Source: Polyangiales bacterium (lineage in GTDB: Bacteria; Myxococcota_A; Polyangia; Polyangiales; Polyangiaceae). Taken from it: DNA of 64,000 nucleotides. The position numbers were made by a program, and so were the translations under genes. Where the stretch lies: contig JBBRNJ010000051.1 in NCBI GenBank assembly GCA_038230375.1, forward strand, positions 1 through 64,000, written 5' to 3'. This document shows, one piece after another, positions 17,801-29,170 of this stretch. The first letter of the stretch is position 1. Each line of letters starts with the position of its first letter. A model generated the notes under the pieces. It did no database searches, was not told the DNA's origin, and saw only the letters and a program-made list of their open reading frames with translations.

Positions 17801-20247
17801 CAGTACTTTGCGATGGCGTGGTCCACGGTGAGGCCGAGCACCTCGGACACGGAGAGGCCGCCGTGAAGGACCTCGAGCACCTCGGGCCGGAAGCGCCTGC
17901 CCTGACACGCCGGGCAGACGAACTGCACGTCGGACAGGAACTGCATCTCCACGGTCTCGTAGCCTTCGCCGTTGCACGCCTCGCAGCGGCCTGCGAGCGA
18001 CGAGCCGCCTACGTTGAACGAGAACGTCTGCGGGCCGAACCCGCGTCGCCTTGACTCCGGCTCCGCCGCGAAGCGCGCGCGCAGCTTGTCCCATGCCTTC
18101 GTGTATGTCGCTGCGTTGCCGCGCGCGGTGCGACCGAGCGGCGACTGGTCGACGAGGGCGACGCGAGAGATGCCGCGAATCCCGAGGAGTTCGTCGTGGT
18201 CGCCGGCGCGCTCGGAGGTGGGCTGCCCTACGGCCCGCGCGGCCGCGCGAAAGAGCACGTCCTCGGCGAGCGTGGATTTGCCGGAGCCGCTGGGCCCCGT
18301 GATGGCCACGAGCCTTCGCTGGGGAATGGCGATCTCCGCGATGCGCAGGTTGTTGGCGCGCACGCCGCGCAGCGTGATCGACTCCTCCGGGTGCGCCGCC
18401 TTCTTCCCGCGTCGGGGCTCACGAGCGGCCTCGTCCGCCCTTCGCGGTCGCGTCGCCTCCCGTTCGCGTGCGGCGGCCTGCCACGCGCGTCCGGTGGGAG
18501 TGTCCTTGCGCTGCGCGAGCCGCTCCGGGCGTCCATCGAAGAGCAACGTGCCGCCATGCTCGCCTGCGCCCGGCCCCAGCTCCAGGACGCGGTCGGCGGA
18601 GCGAACGATGGACTCGTCGTGCTCGATCACGAGGACGGTGTTCCCCGCGTCGCTCAGGCTCTTCATCGCCTCGGCGAGGGGAGGGATGTCGGTGGCGTGC
18701 AGGCCCACGGTGGGCTCGTCGATCACGAACAGCGCGCCCGTCAATCGCGCGCCCAGCGCCGTGGTCAAGGCTGCGCGCTGCGACTCGCCGCCCGAGAGCG
18801 TGCGCGCCTGGCGATCCAGGGTGAGGTAGCCCAGGCCCACGGCGGACAGGTATGCAAGGCGCGAAGCGAGCTCCTCGTGAACGCGCTTGCCCTGCGGCGT
18901 CTTCGGCACGAACGTCTTGATGCGCTCGTGCACCGCGGAGACGGTCTGCGCATGCCAGGATGCCACGTCGAGTCCCGCGGCGCGGTAGCTGCGCGAGACC
19001 TCGGACAGACGCGAGCCCTGACACGTGACGCAGGTCGCATACTCGCGGTACCGCGCGAGGAACACGCGAACGTGCATCTTGTACGTGCGCGTCTCGAGCC
19101 ACTTGAACCAGGCGCGAACGCCAGGGAATTTTCCGCCGTCCCATGTGCCCTCGCCGGAGAGCACCAGGTCGCGCTGTGCGTCCGTGAGCTCCGCCCAGGG
19201 CACGTCCATCGGTAGGTTCTTCTTCAGCGCGAACTTCGCGAGCGCGCCCCGCTCCGACTCCGCGCTCTTGCCGCCCCACGCCTTGATGGCGCCCTTCGCG
19301 AGCGTCTTGGTCGGATCGGGGATGACCTTGTTCCAGTCCACCTGGATGATGCGTCCGAAGCCTTTGCACGTCTCGCACGCGCCGAGCGGCGAGTTGTACG
19401 AGAAGAGGCGCGGCGACGGCGGCTCGAACCCGCGCGCGCACCTGGGGCAGCGCAGGCCGCGGGCGAGCGGCTCGTGGGCGATGCGTCGCTCGCCGGGGCC
19501 CTGCACGTTGCCAGCCGCAGCGGGTTCCTCGCGCGTGGTGCGGAGCTCTGCGCGTCCGTTGGCGCGGGACCACGCGACCTCGATGGCGTCCTGGATGCGT
19601 CGCGCATCCTTCTTGCGCACCTCGACGCGATCGACGACGACCTCCAGACGGGTGCCACGCGCGGTCGCGTCGCTCGGCCGCACCTCATCGATGTCGCGCA
19701 CGGTGCCACCGACGACGAGCCGGCGGTAGCCCTCTTTGAGGAGCGAGTCGCGGAGCGTGAGGAAGCCCTCTGCGTCGTCGACAGAGACCGGGTACGTGAT
19801 GATCGCGCGCGCGCCTTCGTGTGCACCGAGCACGCGCGCGGCCGCATCCACCGCGCGCGTCTCCACCGCCTCCAGGTGACACTCGGGGCAGGTGGGGATC
19901 GCCTCGGCGCCGAACAGCGCGGCAATGTACGCCTCCAGATCCGCCAGTGTCGCAAGCGTGGATCGGCTTGATTTCACGGGCGCGCGCCGATCGACCGCGA
20001 CCGTCGCCGCAATCGGATCCAGCGACGTCACAGGCGGCCGCTCGCGACGCTCCAGGAACTGCCGCGCGTAGGGGCTGAAGCTCTCGACGAACCGACGCTG
20101 ACCTTCCGCGTACAGCGTGTCGAGGGCGAGGCTGGACTTGCCCGCGCCGCTCACGCCCGTGAGCGCGACGAAGGAGCCGGGTGAGAGATCCAGATCGACA
20201 CCACGAAGGTTGTGCGTGCGCGCGCCGCGGAGACGGACGGGGAGCAT
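14806..20247 (-). CDS. uvrA: Excinuclease ABC subunit A, double-length (tandem-fused) UvrA, 1813 aa
   Basis: Four Walker A motifs (GVSGAGKS, GPSGSGKST, GPSGSGKSS, GVSGSGKST), four LSGGExQR signatures, multiple CxxC zinc fingers. Confidence 0.95.
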   Translation of the reverse strand: MLPVRLRGARTHNLRGVDLDLSPGSFVALTGVSGAGKSSLALDTLYAEGQRRFVESFSPYARQFLERRERPPVTSLDPIAATVAVDRRAPVKSSRSTLATLADLEAYIAALFGAEAIPTCPECHLEAVETRAVDAAARVLGAHEGARAIITYPVSVDDAEGFLTLRDSLLKEGYRRLVVGGTVRDIDEVRPSDATARGTRLEVVVDRVEVRKKDARRIQDAIEVAWSRANGRAELRTTREEPAAAGNVQGPGERRIAHEPLARGLRCPRCARGFEPPSPRLFSYNSPLGACETCKGFGRIIQVDWNKVIPDPTKTLAKGAIKAWGGKSAESERGALAKFALKKNLPMDVPWAELTDAQRDLVLSGEGTWDGGKFPGVRAWFKWLETRTYKMHVRVFLARYREYATCVTCQGSRLSEVSRSYRAAGLDVASWHAQTVSAVHERIKTFVPKTPQGKRVHEELASRLAYLSAVGLGYLTLDRQARTLSGGESQRAALTTALGARLTGALFVIDEPTVGLHATDIPPLAEAMKSLSDAGNTVLVIEHDESIVRSADRVLELGPGAGEHGGTLLFDGRPERLAQRKDTPTGRAWQAAAREREATRPRRADEAAREPRRGKKAAHPEESITLRGVRANNLRIAEIAIPQRRLVAITGPSGSGKSTLAEDVLFRAAARAVGQPTSERAGDHDELLGIRGISRVALVDQSPLGRTARGNAATYTKAWDKLRARFAAEPESRRRGFGPQTFSFNVGGSSLAGRCEACNGEGYETVEMQFLSDVQFVCPACQGRRFRPEVLEVLHGGLSVSEVLGLTVDHAIAKYCEGEFYDPVLKRALSPVSKVGLGYLTLGQPLSTLSGGEAQRLKLARALSEDPRGTLFVVDEPSAGLHAEDAAFVVTALRELVDAGATVVVVEHDLSVIRTCDWVIDLGPGGGPAGGEVVFAGTPDALAKADTKTGVAMRASFGKSAKEEAAGAAAVRARSRRAAREDLAISVSHAREHNLKDVSCTIPHGALTVVTGPSGSGKSSLAFDVVYAEGQRRFLETLTPYARQFLPQMPRPDVDRVVGVPPSIALEQRLSRAGANSTVSTVTEIAHYIRLLYAKVGDVHCPTCDAVVSASAPQEIWERLQNAKNESADRPVTIYSPAVRARKGTYLDVFTMAARAGVTTARVDGKIIEIDPPPRLKKSLEHSVDLIVHYGPPSTLLREHFERALLWGAGALRIAPGEPTATPRADESLVSTRRACGNCGTGVPEIDPRWFSFNTKQGQCPACEGSGIRGNLADDEPDTLPCRVCNGERLAKIPRRVRLFDETYAAVSRRSVDSALVWAQTWKFHGAAATIASAPHAELVRRLSFVKEVGLGYLSLDRWASTLSGGEMQRLRLSAQLGSGLTGALYVLDEPTIGLHPRDTARLIGNLRKLVDTGSTVIVVEHDAEVIRAADHLLDLGPSGGRGGGHICAAGPAKRVLASKDSPTGRALADTVKVAREARGPAKSHVVLTGARAHNLKNVTLKVPVGRLTVVCGVSGSGKSTLVRQVFHPALRRALGLTAQEPLPFDKLTGVGHVKRALAVDQSPIGRTPRSVPATFLGIWDDLRKLYAALPEAKSRGYGPGRFSFNSTAGGRCTACDGQGVIVHEMSFLPDVSNGCDACGGARFEPATLDVRYKDLSIGDVLRLSAEDAAHVFSAFPRIARPLTLMCELGVGYVQIGQGSNTLSGGEAQRLKLAAELTAGSAHEPTVYVLDEPTTGLHVSDVRKLIAVMEKLVARGDTLVVIEHQPDVIAAADWVVELGPEAGDAGGHVVFEGEPKKLRAQKTPTGRFLSASA

Positions 20248-20354
20248 GGGGCCAAGGATCTATAGTCACCGTGCGGCAGAACGGGAAGGGGCGCGGGAAA
20301 CGTGTCTCACCCCTCGCACGGATGACCCCGTGTTGCGAACCGTCGTGCAAACGG

Positions 20355-20500
20355 GTCGAGGTCGAGGTCGAGGTCGAGGTCGTGGTCGAGGTCGAGGTCG
20401 AGGTCGAGGTCGTGGTCGAGGTCGAGGTCGTGGTCGAGGTCGAGGTCGTGGTCGAGGTCGAGGTCGAGGTCGAGGTCGTGGTCGTGGTCGTGGTCGAGGT
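20355..20500. repeat. (GTCGAG/GTCGTG)n hexamer array, about 24 units
   Basis: Directly visible between divergent uvrA and the TauE gene. Confidence 0.95.
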
Positions 20501-20525
20501 TCTTGCGCTAGTAGTGTCCGCCGCC

Positions 20526-21284
20526 GTGTCCACGCTCTTCCTCCTCTTCCTCGCCGGCCTCGTGGGCGGCGCGCTCAACGCTGTCGCAGGCGGCGGCTCC
20601 TTCGTGGCCTTCCCCGCGCTCCTCTTCTCCGGCCTCTCCCCCGTCATCGCCAACGCGACCACCGCCGCCGGCCTCCTCCCCGCGAGCTTCATGAGCGGCT
20701 TCGCGTACCGCAAGGACTTCACCTACGACCGCCTCTTCCTTGTCCTCGCCGCCGCCAGCACGGTCGGTGGCATCCTTGGCGCGGCGATCCTCCTGGGCAC
20801 GAAGGAGTCCACGTTCGAGCTCGCGCTCCCCATCCTCCTCGGGTTCGCGTCACTCGTGTTCACGTTCGGCGGCGGCGTCATCGGGCGCCTCGGCAAGCTC
20901 GCGCAGAACACAGGCGGGCTCTTCGTCGTGTTCCTCGTGCAGGTGGTGATCGCGACCTACGGCGGGTACTTCGGCGGCGGCATGGGCATCCTGATGCTCG
21001 CGACGTTCGCGTTCGTGGGGCTCACGGACATCCATCGCATGAACGGGATGAAGAGCTCGCTCGCGGTGCTCATCAACGGCGCCGCGGTCCTGCTCTTTGC
21101 CGTCACGCACAAGGTCGTCCTCTATCCGTGGCTCGCTGTTGCGCTCGGCGGCATCACCGGCGGCTACTTCGGTGCGCGGATCGCCAGGCGCATCGCCGCG
21201 ACAAAGGTCCGTCGCTTCGTGATCGTCTACGCGTGGGGAATGACCGCATACTTCGCATGGCGAACATACGCATCCCATCCGTGA
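20526..21284 (+). CDS. Sulfite exporter TauE/SafE family membrane protein
   Basis: LNAVAGGGS, YGGYFGGGMG; about eight TM helices. Start placed after the repeat array. Confidence 0.88.
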   Translation: MSTLFLLFLAGLVGGALNAVAGGGSFVAFPALLFSGLSPVIANATTAAGLLPASFMSGFAYRKDFTYDRLFLVLAAASTVGGILGAAILLGTKESTFELALPILLGFASLVFTFGGGVIGRLGKLAQNTGGLFVVFLVQVVIATYGGYFGGGMGILMLATFAFVGLTDIHRMNGMKSSLAVLINGAAVLLFAVTHKVVLYPWLAVALGGITGGYFGARIARRIAATKVRRFVIVYAWGMTAYFAWRTYASHP

Positions 21285-21306
21285 TCTCGCTCTCGGCTGT
21301 TCACGG

Positions 21307-21966
21307 CTACGCAGGCAGCACGATGCGGAAGCAGGCGCCACGCTCCGTCGCCACGAGCGCGATTGTGCCGCCATGCGCCTGCATGATGCGCTTCGCGAGC
21401 GCCAGGCCCAGGCCCGTGCCTCCCGCCCGACCCGTCACGAGGGGGTCGAAGATCCTCGTGGCGATCTCGGTGGGCACGCCTGGACCGTCGTCACTGACGA
21501 GGATCACCGTGCCGGTCTCGCCCACGATCGCGCGCGTCACGATCTGAGGGGCGCGCGGCGCGCAGATCGCGATGGCGTTGTCGTAGAGGACCGCGAACAC
21601 ACGCGCGAGCAGACCCGGATGCGCTCTCACCCGCAGCGTCGAAGGCGTGAGCTCGTCGGTATAGTGGACGTGAAGATCCTCTCCGAGGGATGCACGCGCA
21701 TGTACGAGGATGTCGGCAAGAAGCGAGGGCTCCGCCTTGGCCGGCTCGCCGCGCGCGAGCGACATGAGGTCGTCGACGATCTCCTGTGCGATGCGCGTGT
21801 GGCGCTCGATCTTGGCAAGGTGCGGGGCGCTCGTCGCCGGGGAGAGCTTTGCCAGATATGCGCTCGTGGCCACGACTTGCAGCGCATTCCGAAGCTCGTG
21901 GGCGATCTCCGCCGCGATCTCTCCGATCGCGATCAGACGCGCGTGCTCCGTGGTTACGCCGTCCAC
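21307..21966 (-). CDS. Histidine kinase lacking a sensor domain
   Basis: H-box AHELRNAL, N-box LYDNAI, DDGPG, IFDPL, GTGLGL. Confidence 0.85.
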   Translation of the reverse strand: MDGVTTEHARLIAIGEIAAEIAHELRNALQVVATSAYLAKLSPATSAPHLAKIERHTRIAQEIVDDLMSLARGEPAKAEPSLLADILVHARASLGEDLHVHYTDELTPSTLRVRAHPGLLARVFAVLYDNAIAICAPRAPQIVTRAIVGETGTVILVSDDGPGVPTEIATRIFDPLVTGRAGGTGLGLALAKRIMQAHGGTIALVATERGACFRIVLPA

Positions 21967-22152
21967 GATCACCGAGCTTAATCTTTGCGCCCACCCAAGT
22001 CCACCAGCACTTCTGTGTCGCGGTTCCGCCGCTGGTGAGCAGGAGGCCGGTGGCAATTCAGTTCACCGGTTTGTCTGCTCTTTTGGACGGTCATTGGTTA
22101 GTCTTTCCGTATACCCTCGCGCTGGGGGTGGACGAGGCATAGAGACGTAACG

Positions 22153-24852
<2,700 letters not shown>

Positions 24853-24864
24853 GCGCGTGAGCTC

Positions 24865-25617
24865 GTGAGCAAGCCTCCTTTGCCACTGTCCGTTCGACTG
24901 GATCGACTCAGCGGATGGAAGGGAAGCATCGAGCCGCTCGCTGTGGCGTTGGTCACCACCGTGCTGGTCACGGGGCTCTCCATGTACGTTGCAACGTCCT
25001 GGGTCGCCGTGGGCGTCGCTCTCGTGTTCCTTGGCGCGACGTGGATGATGGTGCTGCGGCGGAGCGACGACGACGTGCTTCGCTACGGCCTGGGGCTCGG
25101 CGGGCTCATCGCCGGGCGCTCCGAGCAAGAGCGCAGCGTGGTGCACATGGCTCGCGCGGCGCTGCGGGCAGTGGCTGTCGCGTCGCTGTTCGGCGTCCTC
25201 ACGTTCGTGCCGTTCTACTTTGGCTTCCTCCGGTTCTGGCACCCGCGACACAGCTTTTCCATCGGCATGCCATGGATGGAGCTCCTGAGTCTCTGCGCCG
25301 GCCAGCTCCTGGTGATCGCCTTGCCGGAGGAGGCGTTCTACCGCGGCTACGTGCAGTCGCGTCTGGACGAGGTCTTCCCCGCGCGTCTCCGCATCCTGGG
25401 CGCCGAGATCGGGCCGAGCCTCCTCATCACGAGCGTCGTCTTCGCGCTGGGGCACCTTGCCACGGTGCACAGGCCCGCGCGCCTCGCGGTGTTCTTTCCG
25501 TCGCTCCTGTTCGGGTTCCTGCGTGCGCGAACCGGGGGCGTGGGCGCCGGTATCGTCTTCCACGCGATGTGCAACGTCTACTCGGACCTTCTCGGTCGCG
25601 GCTTCGGCGTGTATTAG
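24865..25617 (+). CDS. CPBP (type II CAAX) intramembrane glutamic protease, myxosortase-like
   Basis: PEEAFYRG, FALGH, FHAMCN; multiple TM helices. Confidence 0.85.
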   Translation: MSKPPLPLSVRLDRLSGWKGSIEPLAVALVTTVLVTGLSMYVATSWVAVGVALVFLGATWMMVLRRSDDDVLRYGLGLGGLIAGRSEQERSVVHMARAALRAVAVASLFGVLTFVPFYFGFLRFWHPRHSFSIGMPWMELLSLCAGQLLVIALPEEAFYRGYVQSRLDEVFPARLRILGAEIGPSLLITSVVFALGHLATVHRPARLAVFFPSLLFGFLRARTGGVGAGIVFHAMCNVYSDLLGRGFGVY

Positions 25618-25624
25618 AGCACTC

Positions 25625-26278
25625 GTGAAACGGGCAGCGCTCTTCGACATGGACCGCACGCTCGTGCGGAAGGAGACGGCGAGCCTCTACGTCCGGTACC
25701 AGCGCCGCATCGGCGAGGCGCGCACGCGCGATCTCTTGAAGGTGTCGCTCTGGGCGCTGCAGTACACGCTGGGCATCCTGGACGTGGCGACGGTGGCGGA
25801 GCGCGTGGTGGCGGGCTATCGCGGCACCGACGAGGACGCCCTCACGAAGAAGTGCGAGACGTGGTTCCAGTCCGACGTCCTGCCTCACGTGTGCGAGCTC
25901 GGGCGCCGCGCCGTGCAGGACCATCATGACAAGGGCGACCACGTGGCCATTGTCACGGGCGCATCGCCCTATGCCACGAAGCCACTCGCCGCGCTGCTCG
26001 ACATTCGCCACATCGTGACGTCCCGCTTCGAGGTCTCCACGGAGGGAAAGCTCACGGGCAAGGTGGAGCAGCCGCTCTGCTTCGGCCATGGAAAGCTGGT
26101 CCGCGCGCGGCGGTTGGCCGAAGAGCTCGGCTTCGAGCTCAAAGACGCTGTATTCTACACGGATTCGATCACGGATCTCCCGCTCCTGGAGGCCGTTGGT
26201 GAGCGCGTGTGCGTGAACCCCGATCCGCGTCTGCGCAGGCTTGCGCGCGCGCGTGGGTGGAAGATAGAACGCTGGTAG
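25625..26278 (+). CDS. HAD-IB family phosphatase (SerB-like)
   Basis: FDMDRTL, IVTG, GHGK, YTDSITDLPLL..VNPD. Confidence 0.9.
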   Translation: MKRAALFDMDRTLVRKETASLYVRYQRRIGEARTRDLLKVSLWALQYTLGILDVATVAERVVAGYRGTDEDALTKKCETWFQSDVLPHVCELGRRAVQDHHDKGDHVAIVTGASPYATKPLAALLDIRHIVTSRFEVSTEGKLTGKVEQPLCFGHGKLVRARRLAEELGFELKDAVFYTDSITDLPLLEAVGERVCVNPDPRLRRLARARGWKIERW

Positions 26279-26295
26279 CGGAAGGGCTACCCACC

Positions 26296-27129
26296 ATGCT
26301 TGGTCTCCTGGTCGACGACATCGTGCAGAGAGCGCTCGCGGAGGATCTCTCCGGCGGGGACGTGACGTCCGAGGCGTGCATCGAAAAGCGCGCCGAGGCG
26401 ATGGCCTATGGAGCTGCGCGCGGCCCCATCGTTGCGTGCGGCATTGACGTGGCGCGCCGCGCATTCGTGCTGGTGGATGCGACCCTGGTGTTCGAGCCGC
26501 TCTCGCGCGACGGCGACGACGTGGAGGCTGGGTCACCGCTCTTCTGCGTGAAGGGCTCTGCACGCTCGATCCTCATGGCGGAGCGCACGGCGCTGAACCT
26601 GATCCAGCGCATGAGCGGGATCTCCACCACCACACGGAAGTACGTGGAGGCCGTTCCGCCGGAGTGCCAGACGCGCATCATCGACACGCGCAAGACCACG
26701 CCTGGCCTTCGCATGCTCGAGCGCTACGCCGTCCGAACCGGCGGCGGGCACAACCACCGCGAGAACCTGGGGTCCGCGATCCTCATCAAGGACAACCACA
26801 TCGCCGCGTGCGGCGGCATCGCGCAGGCCATCACGCGCGCCCGGAGTCGCGCGCCGCACACGAGCCGCATCGAGTGCGAGGTGGATTCGCTCGCGCAGCT
26901 GGACCAGGCGCTCGCCGCCGGCGCGGACATCGTCCTCCTTGACAACATGGACACGGAGACCGTGAAGGCCGCCGTCCTGCGCGCGAAGGGGAAGGCCCTC
27001 ACCGAGGCCTCGGGCGGCATCACGCTCGCGCGCGTCACGGAGCTCTCGCGGGCAGGCGTGGATCTCATCTCCGTCGGTGCGCTCACGCACTCCGTCACCG
27101 CCGCGGACATCGGGCTCGACTTCTCCTGA
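26296..27129 (+). CDS. nadC: Quinolinate phosphoribosyltransferase
   Basis: ALAEDL..GDVT, DTRKTTPG, HR, LIKDNH, EASGGI. Confidence 0.96.
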   Translation: MLGLLVDDIVQRALAEDLSGGDVTSEACIEKRAEAMAYGAARGPIVACGIDVARRAFVLVDATLVFEPLSRDGDDVEAGSPLFCVKGSARSILMAERTALNLIQRMSGISTTTRKYVEAVPPECQTRIIDTRKTTPGLRMLERYAVRTGGGHNHRENLGSAILIKDNHIAACGGIAQAITRARSRAPHTSRIECEVDSLAQLDQALAAGADIVLLDNMDTETVKAAVLRAKGKALTEASGGITLARVTELSRAGVDLISVGALTHSVTAADIGLDFS

Positions 27130-27980
27130 TCACGGGAAGCAGAGCCCCGGAGCGGGGCATCTATCCGGACCTCACCCTTGCCGAAGGGAAGATCCGCGAG
27201 CGCGGCGGGGCGCTCGGTATTCCGTTGCACCTGACCCCGCGCACAGGCTCCACGAACGACGACGCGAAGCAGGCCGCCAAGGAAGGCGCTCCGCATGGCG
27301 CCACGTGGGTCGCCGAGTCGCAGGACAGCGGACGCGGTCGCCAGGGCCGCGCATGGATCTCGCCGCCCGGTGAGAACCTGCTGTTCTCGGTGCTGCTGCG
27401 CGTGCAGTGCCCCGCGGCGCGCCTGCCGCAGCTGGCGATCTGCGCGGGGCTCTCCGTGGTGGAGACCGCGCAGGCGCTCTTGCCTGCCGTCAGGGTCGGA
27501 CTCAAGTGGCCGAACGACGTGTGGGTCGGAAGGAAGAAGCTCGCAGGCATCCTCGTCGAGTCATCGTTCGCGCGCGGTCAGGCGCAGAGCGTCGTCATCG
27601 GTATTGGCATGAACGTGCACGGCCGCGAGCTCCCGGAAGATCTGCGCGACATCGCCACGTCGCTGGCGCTCGAGGCAAGCGCCTCTGGAGCGAGCCAGGC
27701 GCACGGTCACGCGCTGGACCGCGGCGCGATCCTCGCGGACCTGCTCGTCCGGCTCGATCATGACATCGTGCACGTTGCGGGCAGGGGCCTTGGCATGGTG
27801 CACGCGCGCATCGCCAAGGTGGATGCGCTCCGCGGTCTTCACGTCGACACGGGAGAGATCTCCGGGATCGCGGAGGGCATCGACGCCGAGGGCCGCCTGG
27901 TGCTCGTCACCGACGCTGGCAGGACGGAGCGTCTGGTTTCAGGCGAGGTCCACCTGAAGCCTGTTCGCACCCCGGGGTGA
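27126..27980 (+). CDS. birA: Biotin--[acetyl-CoA carboxylase] ligase (no HTH)
   Basis: GSTND, QDSGRGRQGRAW, KWPND, KLAGIL. Start is either CTG 27126 (overlapping the nadC TGA) or TTG 27225. Confidence 0.92.
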   Translation: MITGSRAPERGIYPDLTLAEGKIRERGGALGIPLHLTPRTGSTNDDAKQAAKEGAPHGATWVAESQDSGRGRQGRAWISPPGENLLFSVLLRVQCPAARLPQLAICAGLSVVETAQALLPAVRVGLKWPNDVWVGRKKLAGILVESSFARGQAQSVVIGIGMNVHGRELPEDLRDIATSLALEASASGASQAHGHALDRGAILADLLVRLDHDIVHVAGRGLGMVHARIAKVDALRGLHVDTGEISGIAEGIDAEGRLVLVTDAGRTERLVSGEVHLKPVRTPG

Positions 27981-28116
27981 CGCCATCCAGGTCGGCGTCG
28001 GTCGTCATGGTCGGGTGTGCCAGAGCAGCGGTGTAGCAAGCGCTCATGCCCGCTGGCACCCTGAAGCATCCTGAGGTGAGCGCGGCCACGACGACGACGA
28101 AAACAAAGGCCCGCAT
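27907..28116 (-). CDS. Putative small lipoprotein (69 aa)
   Basis: MRAFVFVVVVAALTSGC lipobox; TACCGT 6 nt upstream; 3' end overlaps birA. Confidence 0.45.
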   Translation of the reverse strand: MRAFVFVVVVAALTSGCFRVPAGMSACYTAALAHPTMTTDADLDGVTPGCEQASGGPRLKPDAPSCQRR

Positions 28117-28276
28117 GCCTTCACGGTAGCATCGTTCTCGCGTCTCGCAGCGCGGTGGCCCGGCGCGTACGGGTGTTCTGCCTGCACGAAGCCATGCGCG
28201 CAGGTCCACCGCTCGCGATCCCGGCCAGATCTCACGAACGCTGGGCGCGGCACGTCCCGTGCTCCACCGCGGTTGC

Positions 28277-29161
28277 ATGCGAGCCTGGCAAGGACTGGTG
28301 GCTGTGTCTCTTCTCTCATCGTCGGCGTGCGGTCCGAACATGCTGGCGCGGCCCGTCGCGGACAATGGTTCTCCCACGACCCACTCCATGACCGTGGCCA
28401 GGCGGACGACCGGGCCCACGTTCGGACACGCATCGACCAGCGCGCAGACCGCTTCGACGTACGGGCCGGCATGGCGGTCGGAGCTGCGTCCCGACGTCCG
28501 CGCGCGGAGCACGGAGGGCCTGCGGTCGCGCGCGGTGCTCGTGACGGAGCTGTCGCAGCTGGAGGCGGACGCGAAGACCGTGGATGCCGACGACCCGTCG
28601 CGCGCGCCATTCTTCCTGCGCATCGCCGCCGCTTACGACGAGCTGCGTGCAGTCGCCGAGTCCGAGGGTGACACCGAGCTCGCGGCGCGCGCACGTACGA
28701 AGGCCCATGAAATGAAGCACCTCGTCGTTCGCCGCTATCCGGATGCGCCGTACCTGGACAAGCCGCTCTTCGACGTGGCCGACGAGCTGGAGCACACCGA
28801 GCAGCGCGCGGGGTCGTTCGTGCTGTACCGCGAGCTCGTGAAGAAGTTCCCCGCGTCGCCGTACGCGCCCTATGCGTACCTCGCGATGGGCGAGGAGTAC
28901 TTCGAGCTCGCATCGCGTCACCCAGAGGAGTGGCCACAAGCGATCGCAATGCTGCAGAAGGCCATCACTCCCGCCGCGCCTGGCAACCGTGTCCACGGGT
29001 ATGCGCTCTACAAACTCGCCTGGGCGTACGAGAAGTCGGGCGACCATAGCCATGCGCGGCAGCTCTTCCAGGAGGTGGTGGACGTGGCGGCCGCGAACCC
29101 CTCCGTGCCGGATCTCGTGAAGCTCGGCGAAGCAGCGCACGGCGATCTCGCATCGATGTAA
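28277..29161 (+). CDS. TPR-containing lipoprotein
   Basis: Lipobox SSAC; TPR-like helices (LVKKFPASPYAPYAYLAMGEEYF, ALYKLAWAY). Confidence 0.82.
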   Translation: MRAWQGLVAVSLLSSSACGPNMLARPVADNGSPTTHSMTVARRTTGPTFGHASTSAQTASTYGPAWRSELRPDVRARSTEGLRSRAVLVTELSQLEADAKTVDADDPSRAPFFLRIAAAYDELRAVAESEGDTELAARARTKAHEMKHLVVRRYPDAPYLDKPLFDVADELEHTEQRAGSFVLYRELVKKFPASPYAPYAYLAMGEEYFELASRHPEEWPQAIAMLQKAITPAAPGNRVHGYALYKLAWAYEKSGDHSHARQLFQEVVDVAAANPSVPDLVKLGEAAHGDLASM

Positions 29162-29170
29162 GATCGAAGG

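Noticed and set aside
20355..20500. Hexamer arrays (and the 15-bp repeat at 41915) as CRISPR arrays
   Set aside because: No unique spacers, unit length far too short, no cas genes
20181..20525. N-terminal (VE)n extension of the TauE ORF
   Set aside because: Read-through of the repeat array, overlapping the uvrA start; homology begins after it
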